From positions 248,001-312,000 of the forward strand of contig MCFH01000045.1 of NCBI GenBank assembly GCA_002104945.1: a stretch of 64,000 nucleotides of DNA, given 5' to 3'. This document shows, one piece after another, positions 11,408-25,310 of the stretch. The number at the start of each line of letters is the position of its first letter. The first letter of the stretch is position 1. The position numbers and the translations under genes were made by a program. The stretch is from Piromyces finnis finn (Eukaryota; Fungi; Neocallimastigomycota). A model generated the notes under the pieces. It had not been told where the DNA came from and did no database searches. It worked only from the letters and a program-made list of their open reading frames with translations.

Positions 11408-13118
11408 ATGTGGGATATAATAATAAATAAAAATATTATTCCATCTTTTATACTTTATCCTGATTATTATATTACTGCCATAACATGTAAAAAAATAAAA
11501 AATCTCCAATATAATATAAAATTAATAAATGAATTTCAAAACAAAGTAAAAAATGACAGAAAAATTATTGTCATTGATACAGAATCATATGAAAATGACT
11601 TAAATATAATAACAGAGTTTGGTTGGTGTGTTTTTAATGTTGATGGTAAGATAATTAAGGAACAGCATTTTATTGTAAAAGAATATTACAATTTACGTAA
11701 TGGAAATTATGTTCCAGATAATAAAGACCATTATATATTTGGTAAATCACAACATAAATCTCTTAATGAAATAAATAAAATATTACAAGATGAAATTAAT
11801 TGTGCTGATTTTATTATTGGCTATGGCATTCATAATGATATAAAATATTTAAAAAACAGTGGAATCGAATTTTCTAAATTTTCCTTTATTGACGGGGAAA
11901 TTTTTAATCCAAACCGTAAATACATTATTGAAATGTATGATTTTCATTCTGCTTATTTCCTTAAGGCCCCATCAATTTTAAAATATGGGTTAAAAGATTT
12001 TCAAATTAAATATAAATATTTAGATAATGCTGGTAATAATTTAAAGCTTTATATATTTCTATAGGCAATTAATTTTTATTAGTTATATTTATTACTATAA
12101 TTTTAATATTCGATAAAAATTACTAATTTATATATTAATAATTTTATAAATATAGGAAACGATAGCCATTACATCATGAAATATTTTTTAAAATTTATTA
12201 AAAATTTTAATATCAATTCCAAAAAATATAGCAGAATATTAAATATAAATGTTCCAACTAATTTTTCATCATGTAAATTTTTTTATTAAATCTAATTTAA
12301 AATTATTGAATAAATTTATTCATGCTAACTATTGTACTATTATCTTTTCTATATTTATAAAAATAGATAAATACCATAAATTTGGGCAATCCTATATTAA
12401 AAAAAAGAATTTTTTGGATCTTTATGATCAATCATTACTTACTCAAAATAAATCTATGGTAAACAGTAAAAATAGTAATTATACTATTAATCAAAATAAT
12501 AAATTGATGGTAAATAATAGTAGTTTTGTTAAGCAAAATAATAAATCAGAAATAGTCAATAATGACATTAAAAAAGCAACTCAGAATGATGAATATGAAA
12601 TAAATAATATAAATTATAATACAAAAATAACTCCACAAAATGATAAAGTAGAAACAATCAACAGTGTTACTAATAATTTTATTGATATTGTTAATCAAAA
12701 TGATAAATCAGTGTTAAATAATAGTAGCTTTGTTAAGCAAAATAATAAATCAGAAATAGTCAATAATAACATTAAAAAAGAAACTCAAAATGGTGAATAT
12801 GAAATAAATAATATAAATTATAATACAAAAATAACTCCACAAAATGATAAAGTAGAAACAATCAATAGTGTTACTGGTAATTTTATTGAATCAAGTAATA
12901 ATAAAACTAAAACAAATAATTACAATCCTTATAATTATGATTATTTTTCAATAACCGCTCAAAAAAATATGCAAAAATTCTATGGAAAAACTAATCAATA
13001 TGGTTATTCAACAATTAACAACAATAATATTACAAGGATAGTTTGTTTTATATTGATTTTCTTTTTTTTACTACTTATTACAGATACAGTTTTAACTATA
13101 TTAAAATTAATTAAATAA
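11408..13118 (+). CDS. Gfd2/YDR514C-like DEDD-superfamily exonuclease with N-rich linker and C-terminal hydrophobic tail. Exons 11408-12032, 12156-12272, 12367-13118
   Basis: Motifs VIDTESYE...ITEFGW, HFIVKEYYNLRNGNYVPDNKDHYIFGKS, IIGYGIHNDIKYL and DNAG|NDSHY. Both introns are GT-AG with matching phases; the second has a gctaac branch site. Confidence 0.8.
12487..12890 (+). repeat. In-frame tandem duplication, 2 x 204 bp (68 aa)
   Basis: NNSSFVKQNNKSEIVNN...KITPQNDKVETINSVT occurs twice; taaataatag starts at 12511 and 12715. Confidence 0.9.
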
Positions 13119-14991
13119 GAAATTATTTAATATTATTTTGAAGAATCAATAATTATAAAAAAAATGTTTTAATAATAAAACAATAAATATAATTAGTAAA
13201 GATTTAAATAAAAATATTGTATTCTTTATTTCATATTATTAAATCCTTATTAGAAGGTTAGTTATAATATGAACAAACTTGTTAATATTAAAATTAAAAA
13301 GTTTTTAAAACATAATATAAATTACTTTTATAAAAATATGGTTTATTTTTATTGACATAAATAAAGAATTAAAAATATTGTTATAAATTATTTTTATTAA
13401 ATCTTGTATAGTTGAATTTATTTAGATTTCTCTATTGTGAGAGTTGGGAAAGTAATTTTTCTTCCGAGGTATTACTATTAATGCCACTGCATTAATAATT
13501 TCTATTGAAGCCAGTTTTGACAATTTTTTTTTTTTATAATTTAAACATATATTAATTTATATTAATTTAATAAGAAGGTTTTTTTTTTAAATTAGTTTCA
13601 TTTAATATAATGTTTGGTTCTATATAATATGTGGTTCTAAATGAAAATTAATATTGTAATGTTGTATTTTAAATATAAAGAAAATTATAATATTTTACTT
13701 ATAATTGTTGTTACATATATGAAAATGTTATAAATTAACTATTATTATTATTTACCTTTATATAATTTGTTTTATATATTTTACTTTAATATTATTTTAT
13801 TACTAATATAAAAATTATATAAACTACTTTTGGTACTAGTCTCTTTTCTACCTTATTATTTTTAATTAATATCTTTTTTTAATTAATATTCAAATTGTTT
13901 CAAATGTTACATTAAAAATTTTATTAATTAAATTTTAATAAATTAAAAAACTTTCATTTAGAAAATATTAATAAAGTGATAAAAAAATAATGAACATAAA
14001 TAAAGCATGAAAAGAATGAACGGTAAAATGAAAATACTTAAACTTTATAACAAATTTTTTAAAAGTAAATACCATTTTAAATAAAAATTTAATAATATTT
14101 TTAATAGTTTATTTTTTTTTTTAATAAATCTTTTTTGATCTTTAAAATCCATTTAGATTAAAAATTTATATTAAACTTTAAAATTCGATGTATAAAATAT
14201 TGTTATTTTTCTTTTAAAAATATAATACTAAAAACTTTTTTTCTCACAAATAAAATGTTTATCAATAAAAATATAAAAAAAAATAATATTAAAATATTAA
14301 TAATTTTTTCGGTTAATATTTTTTATATAAATTATTGTAAAACAGAATCCTTTTTTTACAAAAATGTCATAAAAGATATAAAAAAAAAGAAAGAAAGAAA
14401 GAAAGAAAGAAAGAAAAAGAAACCAATTTTAATAAACGAAAAAGAGAAGCAAAATTAATATATATGTTTTGATAATTCATTTCCTTTTATATTTATCCTT
14501 TTTTTGATAACGAATAACAAAATGAAAATAAAGCGCATATTAATTATCTAGTCATATATTATTTAATAAAAAAAAAGTTAGAAAAATAAAAAAGAATAAA
14601 ATATAACTAAAAAAATGAAAACATAATAGTAAAATAACACACATATATATTTCTTTTTTATTGTTTTCTCAAAATATACCTATTTATCACAAAAAAAATA
14701 TTTAAAAATATTTAATTACAATTTATATATTATTTATCACATATTATATTAAAAACATCTATTATTTTATTATAATCATAAATTATTTATATTAGCAATA
14801 TTATTATTGTTTTTATCTTTATTAATAAAACTTATATATAATAATATTATTTGTAATCATGTTAATATACCCTATATATAATAAAAGAAAAGCATATATA
14901 AATATCTTATCATAATAATTTAAAAAATATCATTTTACCAATAATAATAAAAATTAATAGCATAACTTTAATAAAAATATATTTTAATAAA

Positions 14992-17192
14992 ATGTATAAT
15001 GTAAAAAAATTACCTAAAAAACTAAAAGTTATCAGTGATTGTTGTCCTTCCATCAAGAAAGGAGGAAAATTCATTAATCCAGTAAGTAATAACTTTAATA
15101 TTTTTAAAGTTATAATTACACAAAAAATTTTTTTAAAATAAAAAGTTTAAAAAGATATATTAAAATTTTTAATGTATCTTTTTGATGCAGAAACTACTAT
15201 AATTTTTACTTTAAAAAAACTTTCAATAAATATACATTTACATCGAAAATTTATTAAATATTTATTATACTATAAATATTAGTGGCCTTCGAGTAAATCT
15301 CAATCAAAAAAAAAACATTTTTTCGAAACGTATCTTCGTTTTATAACTAGAAGATCATTCAGAAAACAACCTGAAGAAAAATTTGTGAAAGTAGATGTAG
15401 ATTTAAAATCACTCAATGAATACTCTCAGAATCAAAATGATGTAGCTCTTCAGGTAACTTGGTTAGGCCATGCAGCTACTTTTTTACAAAGTAAGATATA
15501 ATAAATTAAAATAATAAAATGTTAAATTATTTATTATTTGTATTTTTTATTTTTTATTCTGTTTGTTTAGTTTAATAATTTTATTGTTTTAAGATAGTTT
15601 ACAGTTAAATATTATTAAATTATTAAATATTATAATAATAATTAATTAGAAACGTTAAATAGAATTTATTATTCTATTTTAAAAACTTTTAAATTATATA
15701 AAATTGATATAAATAAATTTTAAATTTCTTCTACATTTTAATGATAATAATAATAAATCGAAGGAACAGTCCTTTGTGTTTAAAAATTTTTTATATAATT
15801 TTTAATTATTATAAATATTAAAAAAAATATTTTAAATATTTATAGTTAAGTATATTTTAAAATGTTCTTTTTCGATTTCTACTTAGAAAAGAAACTATAC
15901 CATTATTTTAAATATTAAATGAATACTAATATTTATAAATTTTATTAATTTAAATAGTTAATGGTTTTAATATCCTTTTTGATCCTTTATTAAGTTTTCG
16001 GTATATAAATATAATATTAAAAGGAAATCATTATATATATTTATATTAATTTTTTATCTTTTTTTCACTTATTTATAGAGCTTCTCCATTTCCATTTATT
16101 GGTCCTTATCGATACAGAAAAAGAGGTTTTAAAAGTTTTTCTGATTTACCTCAAATTGATATATTAATTATAAGTCACAATCAGTTATGTATCGTTTTTC
16201 ATATAATTAATAGTGATAAATATAATTTAATAAATATTTATAGTTTGTATAATTTTTTTTTTGAAAAGATAATTTATTAAATTTTTATTTTACTAATATT
16301 TTTTTTATTATTAAAATATAGTTATGATCATTTAGATAAAAAAACTATAAAAGAAATGTTAGAAGAAGAGAAAAATAAACAAATACATATATTTTGTCCT
16401 CTTGGAATTAAAAAATGGTTCTTAAAACATTTCAATCTAGAGAATAAACAAATAACTGAAGGAGATTGGTGGGATGATTTTGAAATTATCAAAAATAAAA
16501 CAATTTCTGAAAGTACATTTCATTATAATAAATCCATGATTTCAGAATTAGAATCATTCCTTCTAAAAGAAAAACATAATACTAATACTACACCACTTAT
16601 TCCTTTATTTTCTAATATTAATATAAACAATAATGATCGTTCTTCAATTTCAGAGCAAAAAATTCAGGTTTCTTTCGTACCTGCGCAGCATTCTTCTCGT
16701 AGAGGTCTTTTTGATTGTAATAAAAGTCTTTGGGGAGGATGGGTCATAAAAAGTGATGATGCTTCTTTTTACTTTGCTGGCGATACTGGTTATCGTGCTA
16801 TTCCAGAAAATTGTTCAAATAATGAAAGATTAAAATACCCTTATTGTCCACTTTTTACTCAAATTGGTAAAATATATGGACCTTTTGATTATGCTTGTAT
16901 ACCAATTGGTCCTTCCAATAATACTAATATTGTAACACCAATGCATGTCGATCCTACAGATGCAATTAACATTCACAAAGAAATTTATTCTCATCATTCA
17001 ATACCCATTCACTGGGGAACAGTAGCCAATTTCTCAACCATTGAAATTACACATGATCCTCAAAAGCTTAGGCAATCCATGAAAAATTCCGGATTACCTT
17101 TAGAAGAATTTGACGTTGCCTACATTGGTGAAATATATAGATTGAACAAGAAAGACACTTTAAAAGTCAAAGTAAACAAGCAACTTCAATGA
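14992..17192 (+). CDS. NAPEPLD: NAPE-PLD/Fmp30-like metallo-beta-lactamase (paralog 2). Exons ~14992-15081, 15283-15490, 15958-16000, 16079-16183, 16322-17192
   Basis: KFINP|W, VTWLGHAATFLQ, ILFDP, ISHNH|YDHLD (HxHxDH), PAQHSSRR, LWGGWV, YFAGDTGY, GPFDYACIPIG, HWGT. Confidence 0.9.
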
Positions 17193-18080
17193 CTATATTA
17201 TTAATTCTTCTTATAAATCAAAACTGTAAAAATTACTAAAAATAAAATATTCAGTGAAAAACTCAATAGTTCATAATATTCCTTCTTTTAAAAAAAAAAA
17301 TTACCTATAATTAATTTTGACAAATTTTTATCTTTTTAATATAAAAATAAAAAAAGGTTAAGAAAAGTAAAATTAATTATCTTAATTTAAATTAAAAAAA
17401 ATTAGTAATAGTATTTATATCATAACAATTTCCATATTTTTCAACAAGATTGTTATGAAGTATAATAATTATATTAATAATTAAAACAATAAAATATAAA
17501 CAATTTTTTTTAAAAAAAAAAAAAGAAAAAAAAGAAAAAAAATATATAAAAAATCAATTCCATTTAAAATAAAAAAATAAGCGTTATAAAAATAGTAAAA
17601 ATAATAAAGTATATATATATTATTTATAATTATAATTGAATAACTTCATCATTTAAAAAAAAAATTAATTTTTTTTAATTTTTGTACTACTTTTTACAGA
17701 GAAAAATAATATTTATTTTATTCTCTTATTACCTATAAATTACAATTTTTTGATATAATCATTATTTAATAAGTTTATGAAGAAATAAAAAAAACATTAC
17801 CTAGATTATTACTTCATAAGTAAATGTTTTTCTTTTTTAATCTTTTAATAATGTGTAATTTTTTTTTTAATTGTATCAATATAAAAATTTCTAAATTTTT
17901 AATTAAAATTTAAGCTTTTAGTTTTAATTAAATTTCTTCATTTTAATTTCATTTAAAAAAATTAATTTTCTTTTATAGTTGATTAAGTTTCATTTATCTT
18001 ATAATAAGCTATTATATAAATATTATATATTTTTTATTCAACGTCCAAAATGAATATCATAACAATATTTAAAAACAATA

Positions 18081-21000
18081 ATGGAACTTAATAATAAAAC
18101 AAATGATTTTTTTTATACTATAAACATAGACAATATAGATAATTCTGTTAAAATAAAAAAAAAAGTTAAAGAAAAAAGTGAAAAAAAAAATGCATTTTAT
18201 CATTTATCACACTATGATATTAATAAAAAACAACCTGAAAAAAAATATGTTTCAAAAATACCGATACCATCCGATAAAATTGTAAATAATAAAGATTTTA
18301 AAAATAACGTTAATCCCTACAATTATAACTTAAATAATAAAGTAATAGTACCAGCATCACAACTTGAAAAGTATGGTACTAACAAAATATCAACAAGTAA
18401 TAATATTCATTATAATGGAATAAAGGATAAAAAGTTAAATGATCATGTTGATGCATATAATACATACACTCTTTTAAAACTTTTAATTAAAAAAGCCAAT
18501 TCATTAAATAATGAAATTTGTTCAGATTCCGATAAAACTGAACACTTATCAGGAAAGGAAAATTACAATAATTTTAATGACAATACTCTTAACTTTCACG
18601 AAAGCTATGTTGCAAGAAAAGCTCTCCATCACTGGATAGAATTTACAAAAAATTCTCTGAAATGGAAAAAAGCTAAGCAATATTATGAACATACACTTCT
18701 GAAAAAAGGATGGGAAGCTTTTACTTGTCAAACATATTTTGTTAGGAAAGAATGGAAATTGGATATTAGAGCCTCCTTACATTATAAGCATTTTATTTTA
18801 AGAAAATGTATGCAGAGTTGGAAGTTATATCATGATGAAGCACAACAAGAACAACGTCTTTTGAAGAAAGTGAATAATTTTGGTAAAATAAAATTATATG
18901 AATTGCATTAAAACACAAACTTCATTAATAATTTAATAATATATCAATATTTCTGTTTTTTAAATAAATATTATAAATAAATGATAATAGTTATTATTAT
19001 ATGTCATAAAATTTAAAACCACTTATTAAATAAATATTATTTTTTTGTTTATATAATCATTCACGCTTCCTTTTTTTTAGAAAATAATAAAATACTTAAG
19101 CGTTATTTAAATGCTTGGAAGAAATTTCACAATTTTTGTTCAGAAAAAAGAAAAGAAAAAGAATTAGCAGATATGCAATACAATGTTACTCTTCTTATCA
19201 ATACTTTCCACAGATGGCAACATCAGAAAAAGAAGAACCATATTAGACATCGCAATAAAGAGATTGCTATAGCCTATGATAAATATATTAATTTGAATAA
19301 ATATTTTAAAATATGGCATAATAAATTTATTATTCTCAAAAATCAGCAACAATATGAACAACTATCTCTTGAATGGTATCATATTCATATGAAACAAGTC
19401 CTTTTACAAAAATGGATAGAATATCATAAAATGAAAGAGCGATCTCAACTCAATAAACGTAATATATAAAATATAGTCAAAATGAAATATATTTTAAAAG
19501 CATATTATGTTAACCAGATAATAAAATTCATTTATTGATTAAAATATCTTTTCATGAATATATATTTATTAATACTACAATTTTATAATAGATTTTGCAG
19601 ATAAAAAGAATAGAGTATTGACTATACGAAAATTTTTTAAAAACTGGGTATATCAATATCATTCTAAAGTAAAATATAATAGAGAAGAACAATTATCCCG
19701 TGACTTAAACAAAAAGAAAGTATTATCAAAATATTTTAGGTTATGGAATAAAAGTAAATATTCAAAATGATTCTTATAACTCAAAAAAATTACATAAGAA
19801 TTTTTCATAAAAATAATAATAAAGAAAAAGTTAAATGAAAGTAAAAGTCTTTGGATTTATTTAATTAATATGTAACTTTTTCCTTTTTTATAATCTAATA
19901 GAATTAAACGAAAAATATTATGAAAGAGAACTCAATCAAATTGCAGATGAACATTATAATAAAATGAAAAAAGTAATTTTTTAAATAAATAAAAAAAAAG
20001 ATATATTATATAAAAAATATTTTATACTAATAATATATATTGGATATATTTATAAATATTATAAATTTAGAAAATGGTATTTTATCATTACTATAAATAT
20101 ACTTTACTTTTAGGAAAGACTAATCAGTTTTGTAAAGAGAGAGTAAATATTCAATATCAATAATTATTAAAAATTATTTTATATTATTATTTAAAAATTT
20201 AAATTATAAAAAAAAAATTAATTTTCTGATAATTAATTTATACAAATATTTTTTTGAATAAATACTATATCCATATAGATAAAACGAAAATATTATAAAA
20301 TATGGGATAAAAAATACATGGAAAGATTAGCTAAAAAGGAAGAATCTGAGTTACGTCCAGCTTTACAATATTATCGTCTTCGAACTTTGATTCATTGTTT
20401 TTCTTATTGGAAAACTCATTATTCTCGTTCCCTTATAGAAAATGTATAGCATAAAATAATATATTTAAAATTAGTAGCGTCAATTTAGATGTTAATCCTT
20501 AATTATACATATATTCGTATTTTTATTTAATTTTAATAATAAAATAATAAAAAAAATCACTTAAAATTTAATAGGAAAAAATCAAAAAAGCAAATAAACA
20601 TTATAGATTAACTTTAGAACAAAAAGTAATGAATGGTTTCTATCAATATTATCACAAAAAATCATTAAAAAAACGTCAGCAAGAAAATGCACAAGTTATT
20701 TATAACAATATTCTAATTATTAGATCATGGAATATATGGCAAAATTGTTTCTTAGAAAAAATTAGTGAACAAAAAAAGTTAAAAAAGGTAATTAAAAAAG
20801 TAATTAAAAGATAATAATTTAAAATCAATTTACTTGAAGAGAGAGAATGAATTGAAAAAGATATAATATTATTTTTATTTTTTAAATATATATATATATA
20901 TTATCTATATTTTAATTAATTTTTTTTCTCTTCCATCTATATTAGGCTACAGAATTTTATAATACGACATTACTTAAAAAAGTATTACATAATTATTTAA

Positions 21001-24000
21001 TTTATAGTTCAAAAAATAAAGATTATAAAAATAAAAAGGTAATAAATAGTTAAATACGATAGCATAATTAATAAATGTAGTAATAATTAACTTAATTTTT
21101 TATTATTAATATACTTTTATAGCAAATAGCTGATATGTTTAGGAATAAAATGATTATTAAAGAACATTTTATGATTTGGAAAATATCATTAGATGAAAAA
21201 CAAATGAGATTGGAAAATTTACATTACTTTCTCTATACTAATTCCTATAAAATCATTTCAAAATATTTTATTTTATGGAAAAAAGTAATACGTTTATTTA
21301 ATAATTTTATTATATTTAGAACTTTTAATTTTTTATCATTTTTTAATTATTATTATATTGATTTTCTTCGATATTTTAATATAGAAATATGAATATAAAC
21401 ATGATAATAAAATAATTAATGAAAAAACCGATGTCTTTTACAGGAAAATGGTATTAAAATCTTATTTTACTTTTTGGAGAGTATGTTGATTTAATAATAT
21501 TTGATATTTAAGCAATATTCATATTAGTTGAATATAAATAACGCATATTAATATTTAATATATATCTTATATATTCTAATCAAATATTAAATAATAATAA
21601 AAATTTATTTGAATTATAGCAATGTTCTAATACCAAAATTAAAAAGTTTCAACATATTGAGAAAAGTAAAGAGTTTAGGAAATATAATTTAATAAAGGCA
21701 TCCTTTACCATATGGATTTTAAAATTTCAACAAATTCAAACAAAAAACTATTATTTAGAAGAAAAATTAAATGAAAACCAATTAAATATAAAGTCCAAGG
21801 TAATTTTTTTTAAATAAAAATCTTCACAATATAGTAATAAAATAAATTATTAAAAATATTCAATATAATAAAAATATTTCTTTAATATCAATATTTATTT
21901 ATTTGGAAAAAAAAAATTTTTTTTTATTGAATTTAGATTTTTGATTTTTGGAGAAGGAAAGCAAAAAATATTAAATGGAACAGAATGTATGAAGATTTAA
22001 AATTTAATGAAGTTCAACGAATTATGGCAATAAGTATGTAATAATATTATATTATAAATTATATATCTACTTTTATTTACGAATATATAATATTAACTCT
22101 TTTATAAAAAAAAATGAAATTTTACTAAAAAGAAAAACAAAAAATCATTTTAAAGGCTTGGATAGTTTATTATGAAGAAAATAAACGCTATAAATTAGCT
22201 TGTAAATTCTCTAATCAATACTACAATAAAAAAGTTTTCATTTTTTTCTTCAATCATTGGAAATTAAAATATTATAATAATAATTGGACCAAGGTATAAT
22301 AATTAATAAAAATTTCATAGTTTTTATAAAGCACAATATTTAAAAAAATTATATTACTATTAAATATGTATTATTCAGTCAAGTGATTCTATTGCAGATG
22401 GATTTTTTAAAAATAACATATTACGAAAATATTTAAAGAAATGGAAGAATAAAAAAAGTGATTGGCATGAAATTTATCATCATTATGAAGTACAACCTAT
22501 TATATTTTGGAGCATTACACTCACAAAAAAAGTATTAGAAGCCTGGAAAACATATTCTAGTAAAAAGAAAGAAATGCGTCGTAGAATTATTGAAGCGGAA
22601 AATTGGAAAAAAAATAACGATATTAAACAAGGAATAATGACTTGGATTAAGGTATATTTCAAATTAACATATATTTTTATTAATATAAAATTGAAATAAT
22701 ATATATTTTTAGGTTTTTATAGTATATACTAAATACTCTAAAAAAAACTTATTCATAGTATGCCGATAATTTATATAGTAATAATTTAAAAGAATATGAG
22801 ATTTCAGTTTTACCATTTCAAGATATTTCGTCTCGAGAATACTATTTAATGAGAAAATATTATAATAGATGGAATATGAAAGTATTAGGGAAAATAATAA
22901 AACGTAGAACGAAAGATGAAGAAACCATGTTTAATCTAAGCTCTCTAAATAATAGATGCAATTCAATATTCCCTTCAATGTAAATATTATAAACTAATTA
23001 ATATTATATTAATATATATATAAATATATTTTTAACTTTTTTTTTAATTTACAATTAATGATTTTTCTTTTCATCCTTCTCAAGATTAAATATTGAATCT
23101 TCCAAAAAGCAAAGATTAGTTCCAAAAAAACCGAAATTCTATTTTGACCAAGACAAGAATGAATTTGTTGAAATTATTAATGAAAATAAAAGGAATGATA
23201 ATATTTGTAATAAAGAAGATAAAGAGGATTTAGAAAGCAAGTATAGTCCTTCTATATCCCCTATGAACGATAATAAAATTAATGTTTTAGATGAAATCTT
23301 AAATAATAAAATTGAATCAAACTATGGTACCACTCTTAAAAATTCATCTTTCTCAGAAAGTCAAGGCTATAATTCTTCTATTAACTCCAAAACCAACGAA
23401 TTTAATATTTTACTTGAACACTTCAGAAAAAAATACGGAATTAAAAAAGATGAAACATCTTTTAATATTAATGATAATGATAATAATATAAAGGATGGTA
23501 TAAAAGAAGAAGAATATAATGACAAAGTTTTGAAAGAAAATAAAAATTTATTGAATAAAACCATATTTTCAAATAGTAATATTAATGGAAAAAAAGTTAG
23601 AAGAAAAGATATATCATTAGAATCCATTGATTTAATTAATCTAAGTAGTAATAGCATACATTTAGATAATGAAGATAAAGAAAACTATATCAATAATAAC
23701 AGCCAATTTAATTATCCAAAAATTCCTTCGGTTAATTCATGTTTCCCTAAATATTCAAATACTTCATTAAATTATAATATTTCTACTCAAAAGTCATTAT
23801 TTAATAGTCCTATTAATAAATTTCGTTTTAGTGTTAAAAATTTAAAAAGTCCGAGAATAACCCAGAATAAATTTAAAAATCCTTTTAAAAAATATTCAAT
23901 AAAAATTAATAATAATAGATCATCAAAAGAATTTTCTCGTTTTTCAACTTGTAAAAACAATAAAATCCAAAATATTCCTGTATTTTTTAATGATTGTACC

Positions 24001-24768
24001 AACACTTTTTACACCACCAATTCTTTAGAAAATAATATTTTGAAAAACAATAGAAAAACTTTCAATCATCCATCTACTTTTATTTTTTCTAAAATTATTG
24101 ATATATACCCTAATGAAAGAAAAATAACTAAAAAAAAATTAAAATATAATCTCGTCACTAAAACTTTTACTAAAATAAGAATGGTAAAATAAAATTACGC
24201 TGATTTATATATCATTAATATAAATAAAAAATTAGTATAGGTTCTAACACTTTTCTTTTTTTTTAAAAAAAAAATAAAGTCTAAATCTGTATATAATAAT
24301 AAAATCTGGACATTAAAAATCAAATTAAGAATTCCAGCAGTTATTAATCAATATCAACAAAAAAATGAAACAGATTATTTATATATGCTGAACATATTAG
24401 AATCAGAAATACAAAATGCAAAAATTATTTTAAATTTAAATCACCACAGTTTGGAAAGTCTCGATAAATTAAAAATGAAATTTTTGAAAATATTACAGAA
24501 AGCTCTTCATCAACATCAATCAATCTCTAATTCTAAATCAGTAACACCCACAACCGTCACTAGTGCTTCTACTCCTATTAATCATCCTAACTATCTTTCT
24601 ATCAATACTTCTCAAGATTCTATTCAAAATATAACCAATAAAATAGATGAAATAGATAATGAAATTACTTATATTCATATTATTAACAAACAACAAAAAC
24701 ATAGATTAAAACAACTTAATAAACAAATTAACTATTATTTACTTAATATTAATTATATTAACAATTAA
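18081..24768 (+). CDS. SFI1: SFI1-like centrin-binding protein, many short exons
   Basis: Periodic W-containing helical repeats (ALHHW, RKCMQSW, YLNAW, NTFHRW, FKIW...). VRKEWKLDIRASLHYKHFILRKCMQSWKLY resembles my recollection of metazoan SFI1 repeat sequence. Coiled-coil-like C-terminus at 24385-24768; exon structure approximate. Confidence 0.75.
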
Positions 24769-25310
24769 TGAATATGTTAATTAAATATATTTAATTCTAT
24801 ATATATATATTAATTATACCTTTTTATTATTATAAAAATACATAATACTATTTATATGTAATTATTAGATATATTAATAATTGTTATTTGTTAATTAATA
24901 AATAAAAAAAAAATAAATATTAATTTGTTTGATTATTAATGTAGTCACCAACTATTAATATTTTCGTATATTAATTTTGATTAATCTATTTTAATTAGAT
25001 TTTAATCTATTTTTGATTAATCTAAATTTTAATTATTATAAAAATGTATATAATTCATTTAGTTTACAAAAAAAATAAAAATAAAATAGAAGCCAAGATA
25101 ATTAAAAGTAAAATCAATAAAAAGTAAAAAAAGAAAAAAAAACTAATAATAAAAGTATCTTAAAATATTATACTGGAATTATTACCTTTTTGAATATTTA
25201 TTTATAAAAAATAATAAAACTAATAATACCTAAACATTTTACTAATTCCGAATAATTTAAAATATTAAAATTCATTTACCATTTTAAAAAGAAAAAAAAA
25301 ATACTATAGA

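Noticed and set aside
13400-13520. Slightly GC-richer island
   Set aside because: Stops in the frames examined and no motif; at most a gene relic.
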